Below, piece after piece: positions 1 through 8,203 of a stretch of 64,000 nucleotides of DNA; the stretch's first letter is position 1; each line of letters begins with the position of its first letter. A program made the translations under genes and the position numbers. The notes under the pieces are model-generated. The model was not told the DNA's origin and made no database searches. It saw nothing but the letters and a program-made list of their open reading frames with translations. The stretch is taken from the sequence record LR756501.1. One strand, written 5' to 3'.

Positions 1-1
1 G

Positions 2-418
2 ATTCGACGCCATAACTGTTTGATCTACAGGGTCCCAATTTACAATACCAACTTTCTTTTCGATGAAACCAGCTTTCCAAGCGTCTATGAAAAATCTCTG
101 CTCATGTTTCCAATAATCAACTTCACAAGTTGAAATTTCTTTATCCCAATCGAAAGACATATTCATTCTTTTCATTTGGTCTCGCATGTTATCAATATTG
201 GCATCAGTCCATTCCATAGGATGAATGTTATTTTTGATAGCTGCGTTTTCTGCTGGCATACCAAAGGAATCCCAACCGATAGGGTGGCAAACTTCGTAAC
301 CTTTATTTCTCCAGTACCTGGCTATTGCGTCAGATATTGTATAGTTTCTCATATGACCCATGTGGATATTACCGGATGGGTAGGGTATCATAGGAACAAC
401 AAACATTTTTTTCTTCAT
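2..418 (-). CDS. leuS: Leucyl-tRNA synthetase, N-terminal part (runs off window start)
   Basis: Not in ORF track. My translation: MKKKMFVVPMIPYPSGNIHMGHMRNYTISDAIARYWRNKGYEVCHPIGWDSFGMPAENAAIK..., with the HMGH (HIGH) motif and GWDxFGxPAENAA typical of bacterial LeuRS. ATG overlaps the TGA of the upstream gene. Confidence 0.95.
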   Translation of the reverse strand, partial: MKKKMFVVPMIPYPSGNIHMGHMRNYTISDAIARYWRNKGYEVCHPIGWDSFGMPAENAAIKNNIHPMEWTDANIDNMRDQMKRMNMSFDWDKEISTCEVDYWKHEQRFFIDAWKAGFIEKKVGIVNWDPVDQTVMASN

Positions 419-1185
419 TTCTTTTCCTTTCTCGTGAAATGATCTATATTTATATTATATTTTTTTATAGAATAATAAACGTAATGTTTCACTTTACTAT
501 TATAATTAACATTCAAATTATCAGCTATATCTCGATATGATTTTGATTTTTTAACAACAGTTTCTAAAAATTCTTTATCTAAACTTTTATCAAAATTTCC
601 ATAATTTCTTTTATTTACATAATCTTTCCAGTTTTCATTTTCAAGAATATCCAATTTGTCTTCGTCATATCTAAAATAACAACTTCCCGCACTACCTTTT
701 AAATCACAACTAAATTTTATTTGTTGTCTAAATATTCCAGTTTCTCTCTCGGCTCCTCTTATGCTAATGAATTTTTTTATTGGATTTAAATTTAAATCAT
801 ACATTATTATTGATCTTTTTCTGGTGTTAGATATTTTCATCAATTTTTTACTCTCTTCGCTGTGTTTTTTACCCAACCAAGATACTCCGTCACCACCATC
901 AGTTTGATTTTTTAACTTAAACCCCCAAACTTTAAATTGGCATATCCAATATTTTTCTAAGCTATTGATATTATTATCATCACCTATATCCAATATTTCT
1001 ATAATTGGAACCAATTTTTTATTTTTTAAATATTTTAACCATTTATTCTTTTTTGTCCAAGGTTCCAATTGAATATAATAATCAGAATAATGTCTTTTAA
1101 CTCTTTTTTCAATATTGTTAGTTTTCCCAATATATTTTATATCACCGTCTTCTGGATCTGTTAAAGTGTAAATGAATTGTTCCAT
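415..1185 (-). CDS. GIY-YIG homing endonuclease with NUMOD3-like DNA-binding segment
   Basis: N-terminal FIYTLTDP...KYIGKT; LE+YWI; NQTDGGDG; GKKHSEESK (NUMOD3-like). Confidence 0.9.
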   Translation of the reverse strand: MEQFIYTLTDPEDGDIKYIGKTNNIEKRVKRHYSDYYIQLEPWTKKNKWLKYLKNKKLVPIIEILDIGDDNNINSLEKYWICQFKVWGFKLKNQTDGGDGVSWLGKKHSEESKKLMKISNTRKRSIIMYDLNLNPIKKFISIRGAERETGIFRQQIKFSCDLKGSAGSCYFRYDEDKLDILENENWKDYVNKRNYGNFDKSLDKEFLETVVKKSKSYRDIADNLNVNYNSKVKHYVYYSIKKYNINIDHFTRKEKK

Positions 1186-1240
1186 AATAAGTTTTTATCT
1201 TTATATATAAAAATTATATGGTCCCATTGTTTCATATTTG

Positions 1241-1314
1241 TGGCCCTACCCAGACTCGAACTGGGACATCAAGTTTCTAAGACTTGCGCGACTACGCTAT
1301 TACGCCATAGAGCC
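1241..1314 (-). tRNA. tRNA-Leu(UAG) with short (4-nt) variable loop
   Basis: GGCTCTA/TAGGGCC acceptor, A73; CAAGT-CTTAGAA-ACTTG anticodon arm; variable ATGT; CCCAG-TTCGAGT-CTGGG T-arm; D-loop lacks GG. Confidence 0.75.
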
Positions 1315-1319
1315 ATTTG

Positions 1320-1392
1320 TAACCCTGCACGGAGTCGAACCGAGATATTCTGGTTTTAAGCCAGACGCCACTACCAATTAGGCTACAGAGTC
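1320..1392 (-). tRNA. tRNA-Leu(UAA) with short (4-nt) variable loop
   Basis: GACTCTG/CAGGGTT acceptor, A73; 3-bp GCC/GGC D-stem; TCTGG-CTTAAAA-CCAGA; variable ATAT; TTCGACT T-loop. Confidence 0.8.
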
Positions 1393-1402
1393 ATTTTTAT
1401 TG

Positions 1403-1486
1403 TACCGAGGATGGGAGTCGAACCCACACGTCCGTAAGGACACTGGTTTTTGAGACCAGCGCGTCTACCAGTTCCGCCACCTCGGC
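1403..1486 (-). tRNA. tRNA-Leu(CAA)
   Basis: Canonical class II cloverleaf; CTGGT-CTCAAAA-ACCAG; long variable arm. Confidence 0.95.
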
Positions 1487-1489
1487 ATG

Positions 1490-1610
1490 TGATGAAGTAA
1501 TAGGATTCGAACCTATATGACTGATTTCTCAGCGGTTAGCCCTTGTACTTCGGTCTTTCCCATTTTCACCCTAAACGGGTGATACGTTTCCATTTTAGTC
1601 CTACTTCATC
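1490..1610 (-). ncRNA. 121-nt tRNA-like RNA, identity unclear
   Basis: Perfect 9-bp terminal helix GATGAAGTA/TACTTCATC followed by A-CA; T-arm ATAGG-TTCGAAT-CCTAT; internal hairpins TCACCC/GGGTGA and CTGA-GAAA-TCAG; no canonical anticodon loop. Confidence 0.6.
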
Positions 1611-1612
1611 TG

Positions 1613-1696
1613 TGCGGTTAAGGGGACTCGAACCCCTACGTCCTTGCGGACACCAGCCCCTCAAGCTGGCGCGTCTACCAATTCCGCCATAACCGC
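1613..1696 (-). tRNA. tRNA-Leu(GAG)
   Basis: Canonical class II; CCAGC-TTGAGGG-GCTGG. Confidence 0.95.
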
Positions 1697-1702
1697 GTTG
1701 TG

Positions 1703-1784
1703 TGCCCTTGACAGGACTCGAACCTGCACATCCGAAGACACTAGATCCTAAGTCTAGCGCGTCTACCAATTCCGCCACAAGGGC
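1703..1784 (-). tRNA. tRNA-Leu(UAG)
   Basis: Canonical class II; CTAGA-CTTAGGA-TCTAG. Confidence 0.95.
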
Positions 1785-1803
1785 ATAAACAGATTGCCTT
1801 TTT

Positions 1804-1888
1804 AAAATAAGGTTGGATTCGAACCAACATTCTCCATCTTTGCTTTTTCTCTGCGTCCAATGGTGTGTTACCCTTACACTACTCTCCC
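1804..1888 (-). pseudogene. Degenerate tRNA-like element
   Basis: D-arm GTAGTGTAAGGGTAACAC and T-arm GTTGG-TTCGAAT-CCAAC retained; acceptor poorly paired; anticodon arm expanded. Confidence 0.5.
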
Positions 1889-1942
1889 AATTTTTGGCGG
1901 GAGCCGTTTTGTTTGCTGTAAGCAATCTTTATTATTTCAAAA

Positions 1943-1954
1943 TGTTAAAGAACA
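1943..1954 (-). promoter_or_regulatory. boxA-like antitermination element
   Basis: TGTTCTTTAACA versus the rrn boxA consensus TGCTCTTTAACA; lies just after the leader terminator and before the tRNAs. Confidence 0.65.
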
Positions 1955-1960
1955 TAAAAA

Positions 1961-1989
1961 CAAAAAACCCAATCATTGCTGATTGGGTC
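1961..1989 (-). terminator. Attenuator terminator of the Leu tRNA/LeuRS operon
   Basis: ACCCAATCA-GCAA-TGATTGGGT followed by TTTTTG. Confidence 0.85.
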
Positions 1990-2028
1990 TCTGTGACTTC
2001 ATTCGAGAAGAATTCATCCACACATACT

Positions 2029-2097
2029 TCACCCAATCAACTTTATACCCAAGAGGCATAAACTGTTCAGAAGGTTAATATGTAGAATGTTATTCAT
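2029..2097 (-). CDS. Leucine-rich leader peptide (22 aa) MNNILHINLLNSLCLLGIKLIG
   Basis: Leu codons CTA, CTT, CTG, TTA, CTC, TTG, TTG; 3' end contains TGATTGGGT, complementary to the terminator 5' arm. Confidence 0.85.
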   Translation of the reverse strand: MNNILHINLLNSLCLLGIKLIG

Positions 2098-2122
2098 ATA
2101 CTTTTATATTATAAGATTTATA

Positions 2123-2138
2123 CTTTGTTTTATATATT
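2123..2138 (-). promoter_or_regulatory. Putative promoter motif AATATATAAAACAAAG (copy 1)
   Basis: Identical 16-mer at 14474-14489 upstream of the second leader peptide; contains the phage TATATA motif. Confidence 0.65.
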
Positions 2139-2160
2139 TAATCAAAAATGTCTGTTTTTT

Positions 2161-2935
2161 CTATTTCTTTACTTTTATAAGATTATGTTTTTTAGCTAAA
2201 TTAACCCCTTCTTCGAAAGTGAGTACCTTTTCCTTTGTTGGTTTGAAGATGATTGCGTAATCACTACCATCTCTAGCCAAGGAGAAACACAACGGGCTTA
2301 TACCAAAATACAAGTCCATCCACAATTTATTAGCTGTATTTTTATTCATTTTATAATATAAGTTTCCTTTATAACTAATTCTTCATTTTTAGCAATGGAA
2401 TCTGGGTGATAACCACGTTCGTAAACTTCAAAAGATTTCTTTGCTTCGTCTATATTTTCACAATCTACTGTGAAAAATGGATGTTTTCTTACTCTTCCTG
2501 TGTTTAAATTTTTCTTATAAAACAGAAATTTTTTCATAGGTTTGGATTTAGAATACAAAGATACGAAAGTTTTCTAATTTAAAAAAATTAAATCATTTCT
2601 TTTTGAATTTATCACAACTATCAGTTTTCTTAACGGATTTGTATAACATTGGATGACCAATGAAACAAACAGTGTTCACGTCGTAAAAAGGTTTACAGTG
2701 AACACAATTTTCACACTTATTTTTTTCCATTATATTCATCATAAAGTTCATCAATAGTCATATGATATACACCTTTCTTTGGGTGTTTAAGATCAAGAGG
2801 TCTCTCCCAGAGTTTTCCACTATGAGAAACACACGTCCAACCATTTTTACCTAACCACTTTGCGAATTTACAAGCTTCCTTTTTCATAAAATTAATATTA
2901 AAGATTTTTATTGATGCGGACTCCCGATTCTCCAC
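2161..2935 (-). CDS. Four small hypothetical proteins (2161-2349, 2346-2558, 2593-2730, 2717-~2887)
   Basis: Tightly overlapping ORFs; 2593-2730 (45 aa, CxxCxxC...C...C) is missing from the ORF track. Confidence 0.6.
2556..2563 (-). promoter_or_regulatory. Bacteroidota-type sigma -7 element (TATCTTTG)
   Basis: Matches TAnnTTTG; similar elements at 4985, 14625, 22776, 36167, 47843, 52881, 58151, 59350 (minus) and 24432 (plus), all in or near intergenic gaps. Confidence 0.7.
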
Positions 2936-3101
2936 CGCTCTTTCTTGTAATTGGCCTCTGTATCATCCAATCGTTATAGGTTTACTACCGCTAAAGACGT
3001 GCTAATTTTTGGATCGTATCTTGTTACACTAGTTTCAATAAAAATCTGTTCACTGATAATTACTAATACAAATATAAGCTTCTTTTCTATATAAAAAAAA
3101 T

Positions 3102-3440
3102 TTACATCAATAATTCTGGATCTATTCCATTATCCATCAACTGCCTTTGATAATTTCCAAAAGGAACTTTGGCAATCTGTTTATCCCTAAACCCCTTCAT
3201 CTGTAAATAACCGGGTTTACCACCGTATTCTATATCATTATCAACCAAGAAATTATGAACATCAGCGTTAGTATTAAATCCACCTTCTTCGTGTTTTTTA
3301 CCGTCTTTAGTGTATGTTAATCCCCAACTCTTACCTTTACCAATGAATTCAACTTGAATGAATTTTGCTGTTTTTAGATCTTCTGCTAATTCTTTATGAG
3401 TCATTTCTTCGTTTAAGAAGGTATCAAATTTAATGTTCAT
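3102..3440 (-). CDS. Hypothetical protein with capsid-targeting-like N-terminus
   Basis: MNIKFDTFLNEE; upstream TATATA motif. Confidence 0.55.
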   Translation of the reverse strand: MNIKFDTFLNEEMTHKELAEDLKTAKFIQVEFIGKGKSWGLTYTKDGKKHEEGGFNTNADVHNFLVDNDIEYGGKPGYLQMKGFRDKQIAKVPFGNYQRQLMDNGIDPELLM

Positions 3441-3478
3441 AATTTATTGTAAATCATTTTTACTTATATATAAATCTT

Positions 3479-3841
3479 TTAATCCCAATTTTCTTCACCA
3501 TAAGGGTCCATCGGTGTAATCTTAATAATACCCAACTTTATTTTCCTCATTCTTTCTTCTAAATCCCTCTTCCTCTTTTCTTTTCTTATTTCTCTTTCCC
3601 TTAAACTCTCTTTAATATTATCAATAAGTGTAAATTCAAAACCATTGTCCTCCCACCAATCCTTAATAATAGAAGCTGCTATTATAACTAAACTTATAAT
3701 AGCAACAAGAGGAATTAAATGAATTACCATGCCTCTATTGTTTAGTTCAAAATCATTACTATTATGAGAAATGATAAAGACTATTACAATAGGTACAATA
3801 TAAAGAGCAAATATTAATCCGAAAAATAATAATGTCGTCAC
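3479..3841 (-). CDS. Membrane protein with C-terminal DPYGEENWD motif
   Basis: Two hydrophobic segments; ends [11 protein letters not shown]. Confidence 0.7.
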   Translation of the reverse strand: MTTLLFFGLIFALYIVPIVIVFIISHNSNDFELNNRGMVIHLIPLVAIISLVIIAASIIKDWWEDNGFEFTLIDNIKESLREREIRKEKRKRDLEERMRKIKLGIIKITPMDPYGEENWD

Positions 3842-4383
3842 GCCTCGTGTAATTTTTTAATTTCGTCCCTAATCCTAGCAGCCTCCATATAATCCTCAGT
3901 ATCAATTGCTTGCTTCAACTGGTCCTGTAAAGATGTTGGTTGTGGTTTTTCTTCGTTTTTAACAAATGGAATAGAATTGAGTACATTTTCGTCACCTATC
4001 ATTTGTTGTTCGTTCACCATTTTCTGTGTAGTAATGAGTCTTACTGTTTCCTTAACAGAATCAGATACGTTAATCACCCTATCTGATAGATAGAAATATC
4101 CAGCGGATAACGCTAGGCTCACTCTAACTCTTTTCAATTCCACTTCTAATCTTTCTTCGAAAGGAAGTTTAAAGAGTGTTTCGTAATATTCAGGTGTATT
4201 TTCAGATTTCTTTCTGAAATAGGAAAAAGAATACGCCCAATGAAGTTTCTCTATCGGTGTATCTTTATACTTACTATTACTATTTCTTAGTACGTTAATG
4301 AGTTCTTGTGACTCTTTTTCGTATTCTTTACATACTAGATCGTATGTTACAAACATCGTTATCATAACGTTATGGTTTTTCAA
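3838..4383 (-). CDS. Hypothetical protein with C-terminal UVR (UvrB/C) motif
   Basis: [27 protein letters not shown]. Confidence 0.8.
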   Translation of the reverse strand: MKNHNVMITMFVTYDLVCKEYEKESQELINVLRNSNSKYKDTPIEKLHWAYSFSYFRKKSENTPEYYETLFKLPFEERLEVELKRVRVSLALSAGYFYLSDRVINVSDSVKETVRLITTQKMVNEQQMIGDENVLNSIPFVKNEEKPQPTSLQDQLKQAIDTEDYMEAARIRDEIKKLHEA

Positions 4384-4552
4384 ATAAAGTTAACATTAAA
4401 ATAAGATAAAGGAATACTGGGAAAAATCCCATCCAGGAAAAGAGTACGAATAATAATCTAACAAGAAATGAATCTATGTTAAAATATTCAGCCAAACCGC
4501 CACATACTCCACTTATTACAGCGTCATTTTTTGATTTGTAAAGTTTTTTCAT
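4370..4552 (-). CDS. PspC-domain protein
   Basis: [25 protein letters not shown]...VRLLFV...YLILMLTL. Confidence 0.9.
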   Translation of the reverse strand: MKKLYKSKNDAVISGVCGGLAEYFNIDSFLVRLLFVLFSWMGFFPVFLYLILMLTLFEKP

Positions 4553-4569
4553 TTTTGATTTTATTAAAA

Positions 4570-4967
4570 TTAATAATCCCAGTCTTCTTCTCCGTAAGGA
4601 TCTTCCGTAGTGAAAACCCTAACAATAATTTTTTTGATAGCGTTATAATGAAAATAAAACTCCATAGATTCAGACATATCCCAACGCCAACGTCTATCAA
4701 ATCTTACACCAACAACTTGATAGTAATCACGATATTGAATATCAAATACTTCACCTTCGTGGTTCTTGTATTTTATTCTAGAACCTATTTTAAGTTTTCT
4801 CATTTATCCCAATTTTCCTCACCGTAAGGATCAACAGGAATATAGTTAGCACCAGCCTTCTTCTTGATTTCATCCAAGATAGAAAAGATAGCTAACTCTC
4901 TAACGCTCTTAGCTATATTAGCCTTAACGATAGTCAGTTTAATCTTATTTTCTACTGATGTGAACAT
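4570..4967 (-). CDS. Two small proteins ending in DPYGEE(N/D)WD (4570-4803; 4800-4967)
   Basis: 4800-4967 (55 aa, MFTSVENK...[13 protein letters not shown]-like end [13 protein letters not shown]) is missing from the ORF track. Confidence 0.7.
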
Positions 4968-5016
4968 AATACCTGTTATTTATACAAAGATAAAAATAAA
5001 TTTCAAAATAAAAAAA

Positions 5017-5988
5017 TTAAATATAAATAACTCGAAATTCTCCTATCTTACTATTCAATTGATCACCAACAGCTTTATCGTAATCATTCATATATTTCAA
5101 CTCCTTCACTACCGTCACGTCACCATTTCTTTTCTCCACAAACCCAACAACAGAAGTGTCCCATAAAGCATACAACTCATCATTACTCGAACACATAGCG
5201 TACTCTTTTATCTTTTCTTTATCATAATTATCCCTATTATAGACAATTAAAATAATAACATCATCAAATAACTTCTCTACTCTGTTATTTTTATCGTTGA
5301 ATTCCTCAATAGATGGCAACTTATCAAGCTCGTAATAACAAACACCAGTCTTTTGAACCTTCTTATTAAGATAGTCTATTAAATTCTTGATATTCAATAC
5401 ATTATGAGTGTGTCCTTTAATTTGGCTAAGTAAGAATTCTATTCTTTTTTTCTTATATGTTTTCCAACCAACCCATCTAAATTCCTTGTAGATTTTATTT
5501 TCCCAATCTAACATTTCAATAAACGGTGCGTCAAGAATCCAAGTATCTAATTTGTTGAATTTTTTACAAAGTCCTTCTGTTGAATCGTGTGACTTTGTGG
5601 CCATTATAACGTCTGTAATTTTGATAATGTCTTCGTCAACTCTCCAGTCTGATATAGATATTTTAGTATCAATTAGTTCTTTATTAAAAGTGGACATCAT
5701 GTATTCGACGCTCTTTTCCTCGTTATCGTTACGTTTAGTATCGTAGACTATATCGTGAAAAATAGCGGCAATCATAAGGATATTGTATTCCCTCTCGCTT
5801 ACTTTTTTATCCTTATATAAATCTTTTATACCCTCTAACATTTCATTTAGATGGTTAGGAGTATGCCAGTACCTATGTGGTTCGCCCCAACGATCCATAA
5901 TAGAATCAACTGTAATATTGAATCCGTATGATCTAGCGATATCAACTGCTTCAGAAAGAAGTTTCTTAAATTTATTTACTTTGGTCAT
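5017..5988 (-). CDS. HD-superfamily phosphohydrolase fused to a degenerate CoaD/PPAT-like domain
   Basis: RYWHTPNHL...AAIFHDIVYD...NEEKS; C-terminus follows the PPAT pattern (EKLFDDVIILI...N; VVGF...VVKELK..DY...LN) but lacks HxGH. Confidence 0.7.
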   Translation of the reverse strand: MTKVNKFKKLLSEAVDIARSYGFNITVDSIMDRWGEPHRYWHTPNHLNEMLEGIKDLYKDKKVSEREYNILMIAAIFHDIVYDTKRNDNEEKSVEYMMSTFNKELIDTKISISDWRVDEDIIKITDVIMATKSHDSTEGLCKKFNKLDTWILDAPFIEMLDWENKIYKEFRWVGWKTYKKKRIEFLLSQIKGHTHNVLNIKNLIDYLNKKVQKTGVCYYELDKLPSIEEFNDKNNRVEKLFDDVIILIVYNRDNYDKEKIKEYAMCSSNDELYALWDTSVVGFVEKRNGDVTVVKELKYMNDYDKAVGDQLNSKIGEFRVIYI

Positions 5989-6425
5989 GATATTTCAAAT
6001 TTTACTTTTTTACCATATTTTTCAAGTGCTTTGATTTGTTTTTCAATTTCACTTATGGCGTTTTTTATATGTTTTTCTGTACTAACGTATTCGTAATAAT
6101 CATATTGATCATGTCCTTCTTCGTCTGTATATTTATCAACTTTAAAGAAACCGAAAGTCTTAGAGAGATATTTATCATACATTATAGTACTAACTATACT
6201 ATATAATTTATCACTCCATTTACTATCACCTCCTCCAACAGTTCCTTCTTTGATAAGATCTTTAATTATTTTATAAAAAGTTTCAACATCTAAAACATTC
6301 ACTTCGTAATGTTTAAGGATGGCTTTATTTAAATCAAAATCGATAAACTTAGTGAAATTGAAAACCATTTCTTCTGTGATAACCAGATTTTCTGGAAAAC
6401 TGTAAACTGTAAATGTCTGTGGCAT
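5985..6425 (-). CDS. Hypothetical protein
   Basis: ORF, coupled to neighbours. Confidence 0.6.
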   Translation of the reverse strand: MPQTFTVYSFPENLVITEEMVFNFTKFIDFDLNKAILKHYEVNVLDVETFYKIIKDLIKEGTVGGGDSKWSDKLYSIVSTIMYDKYLSKTFGFFKVDKYTDEEGHDQYDYYEYVSTEKHIKNAISEIEKQIKALEKYGKKVKFEIS

Positions 6426-6439
6426 AATTTTATCTCCTT

Positions 6440-6889
6440 TTAGTAGTTTTTAATTTTTTTCTTTAAATCCCTATCCATATCTTTTTCTTTAATACTTTCC
6501 CTCTTATCATACTGTTTCTTACCCCTTACAAGAGCGATGTCCATTTTAACAAGACCTTTGGTATTAATGAAAATATTGAGAGGAACAATAGTTAATCCCT
6601 TTTCGTCAAATTTCTTTTTGAATTTATTTAACTGTTGTTTAGTTAACAAGAGTTTACGATCACGTTTAGGATCGTGGTTTTCTGCAGCCTTTTCATATTC
6701 ACTAATATGAAAATTCTTAAGCCATAATTCATTTTCTACAAAATCACAATAAGCGTCAGTAAAACTGATCTTACCATCTACTATGGATTTAACTTCAGTT
6801 CCAAGTAAGACTATACCAGCTACTTCACTCTCAATGATTTCGTAGTTGAAAAATGCTTTCTTATTTTTTATACTTAATTTATTTTTCAT
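6440..6889 (-). CDS. smpB: SsrA-binding protein
   Basis: NKKAFFNYEIIE..AGIVLLGTEVKSI; HDPKRDRKLLL; GLTIVPL; RGKKQYDKRESIKEKD. Confidence 0.97.
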   Translation of the reverse strand: MKNKLSIKNKKAFFNYEIIESEVAGIVLLGTEVKSIVDGKISFTDAYCDFVENELWLKNFHISEYEKAAENHDPKRDRKLLLTKQQLNKFKKKFDEKGLTIVPLNIFINTKGLVKMDIALVRGKKQYDKRESIKEKDMDRDLKKKIKNY

Positions 6890-7057
6890 TTGTTTTACCC
6901 TCCGATACCCATTTAAGTTTGTCTTCCGATTCTAATACCCATTTAAGCGCATCGATCCACCCTTTATATGTGGCGTATCCTACTTCATCAAAATCTTCAT
7001 ATATTTTTAAAGCTATTTCCGCGCATTCTAATTTTTCTTTTATTTTTTCTTCTTTTT

Positions 7058-7267
7058 TCATAATAAATCCTGTCCAATGTCTTTTCTATAATATTTTCCT
7101 TCATATTGAATCTTCTCTGCAATTTCGTAAGCCCTTTTCAAAGCATCTTCCATTGTTTCACCCATTGCTGTTATCGCTAGAACTCTACCACCATCCGTGA
7201 TTAATGTTCCTTCATCGTCGAATTTAGTGCCACAATGCCAAATAAAATAATCTTCTCCTTCTTTCAT
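7058..7267 (-). CDS. Stand-alone C-terminal domain of phosphoribosylamine-glycine ligase (GARS_C-like)
   Basis: HCGT...TDGGRVLAITAMG.T..DA...AY....I..EG.YYRKDIG; an in-frame TGA just upstream, so no N-terminal domains. Confidence 0.8.
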   Translation of the reverse strand: MKEGEDYFIWHCGTKFDDEGTLITDGGRVLAITAMGETMEDALKRAYEIAEKIQYEGKYYRKDIGQDLL

Positions 7268-7318
7268 TTTCAGTTGTTTATAAGATCATGCAAAATCATG
7301 ATATAATAACTAATAACT

Positions 7319-7636
7319 TTATTTTATTTTCGCGTCTTGTTGTCTTCTTATTGCTAGTATTAATCTTTGTATTCTTTCGGGATGTTCGTGTGCCTTCAAT
7401 GATATAAAGTCCACCTTATTTTTAGCTACCCCTGTGTGATATTCTGCTTTAACAAAAGAAGGTTGACCAATATCTAACGTTTCTATTTTAAGATATTTAT
7501 AACCAGTTACTGGAATAAGAACAGTATATTTCGATCCGTACTCCAATAACTCTTTTATCCAAATGAGTTTATTTTCCCATGTATCACTAATAACAGTTTC
7601 AAGGAAAAGTTCAGGAGTATCTATGAAATTATCCAT
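7319..7636 (-). CDS. Hypothetical protein
   Basis: ORF. Confidence 0.55.
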   Translation of the reverse strand: MDNFIDTPELFLETVISDTWENKLIWIKELLEYGSKYTVLIPVTGYKYLKIETLDIGQPSFVKAEYHTGVAKNKVDFISLKAHEHPERIQRLILAIRRQQDAKIK

Positions 7637-8159
7637 TGATGCCAAGATATTTAGAAAATTCTACTAATTCTTCCTCTGTGAAATCTGATTCCCAAATTAC
7701 ATCTTGTTCGTTATTCGGAACAATGATTCTAAAAGCGTAATTACCATTAGCTTTCCACCAACCTGGCCCCTCTTTTTTCACAAATTCGAATACTACACTC
7801 TTATTTTTAAGACTAATCTCTTCCATAATGTGTCCACGAAGAATATTAGTAATATCAATAGGTTCATCGTCTTCTATATCTTTTTCCATTATAGAATCGA
7901 AGACGTGTTTAATTCCTATGCTTTTATATTTTATACCCTGTTCGTTACTAAACAAGGCAGAGGTTAAGATGTATTCTGTATTTGAATAACAGGGGATTAT
8001 AACGTTCACAACGTTATCTTTACCAACTTTATTTGAGGCGATTTTAGACGCAATGAAACCAGATATATGGTCATTCATCAGTATAGATACTTTCTTACTT
8101 TCAAGAACATCATCAATCCAAGATAATAGCTCTTTATATTTTTCTTCCATAGTAAGCAT
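7629..8159 (-). CDS. Degenerate NAD synthetase (NadE)-like N-terminal fold
   Basis: Pattern WI...K.V.I...IS...A....VGKDNV..VIIP......GIKY..I.I..VFD matches NadE, but SGGxDS is replaced by MNDHIS. Confidence 0.6.
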   Translation of the reverse strand: MLTMEEKYKELLSWIDDVLESKKVSILMNDHISGFIASKIASNKVGKDNVVNVIIPCYSNTEYILTSALFSNEQGIKYKSIGIKHVFDSIMEKDIEDDEPIDITNILRGHIMEEISLKNKSVVFEFVKKEGPGWWKANGNYAFRIIVPNNEQDVIWESDFTEEELVEFSKYLGING

Positions 8160-8203
8160 TATTTTAACGAAAGTAATAATAAATATCTAAATAAAAAAAT
8201 TTA

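Noticed and set aside
1490-1610. Selenocysteine tRNA (a TCA triplet can be placed in an AAACG/CGTTT hairpin)
   Set aside because: Loop lacks U33, discriminator is A not G, the competing TCACCC/GGGTGA hairpin is stronger, and no sel genes are present.
1177-2061. ORF-track entries overlapping the Leu tRNA cluster (1177, 1566, 1813)
   Set aside because: Chance frames across tRNA genes; no protein-like features.
2915-2940. tmRNA 3' end (GACTCCCGATTCTCCACCG resembles ...CTCCACCA), given SmpB nearby
   Set aside because: No TTCGA T-loop, no matching 5' acceptor strand, no tag ORF.
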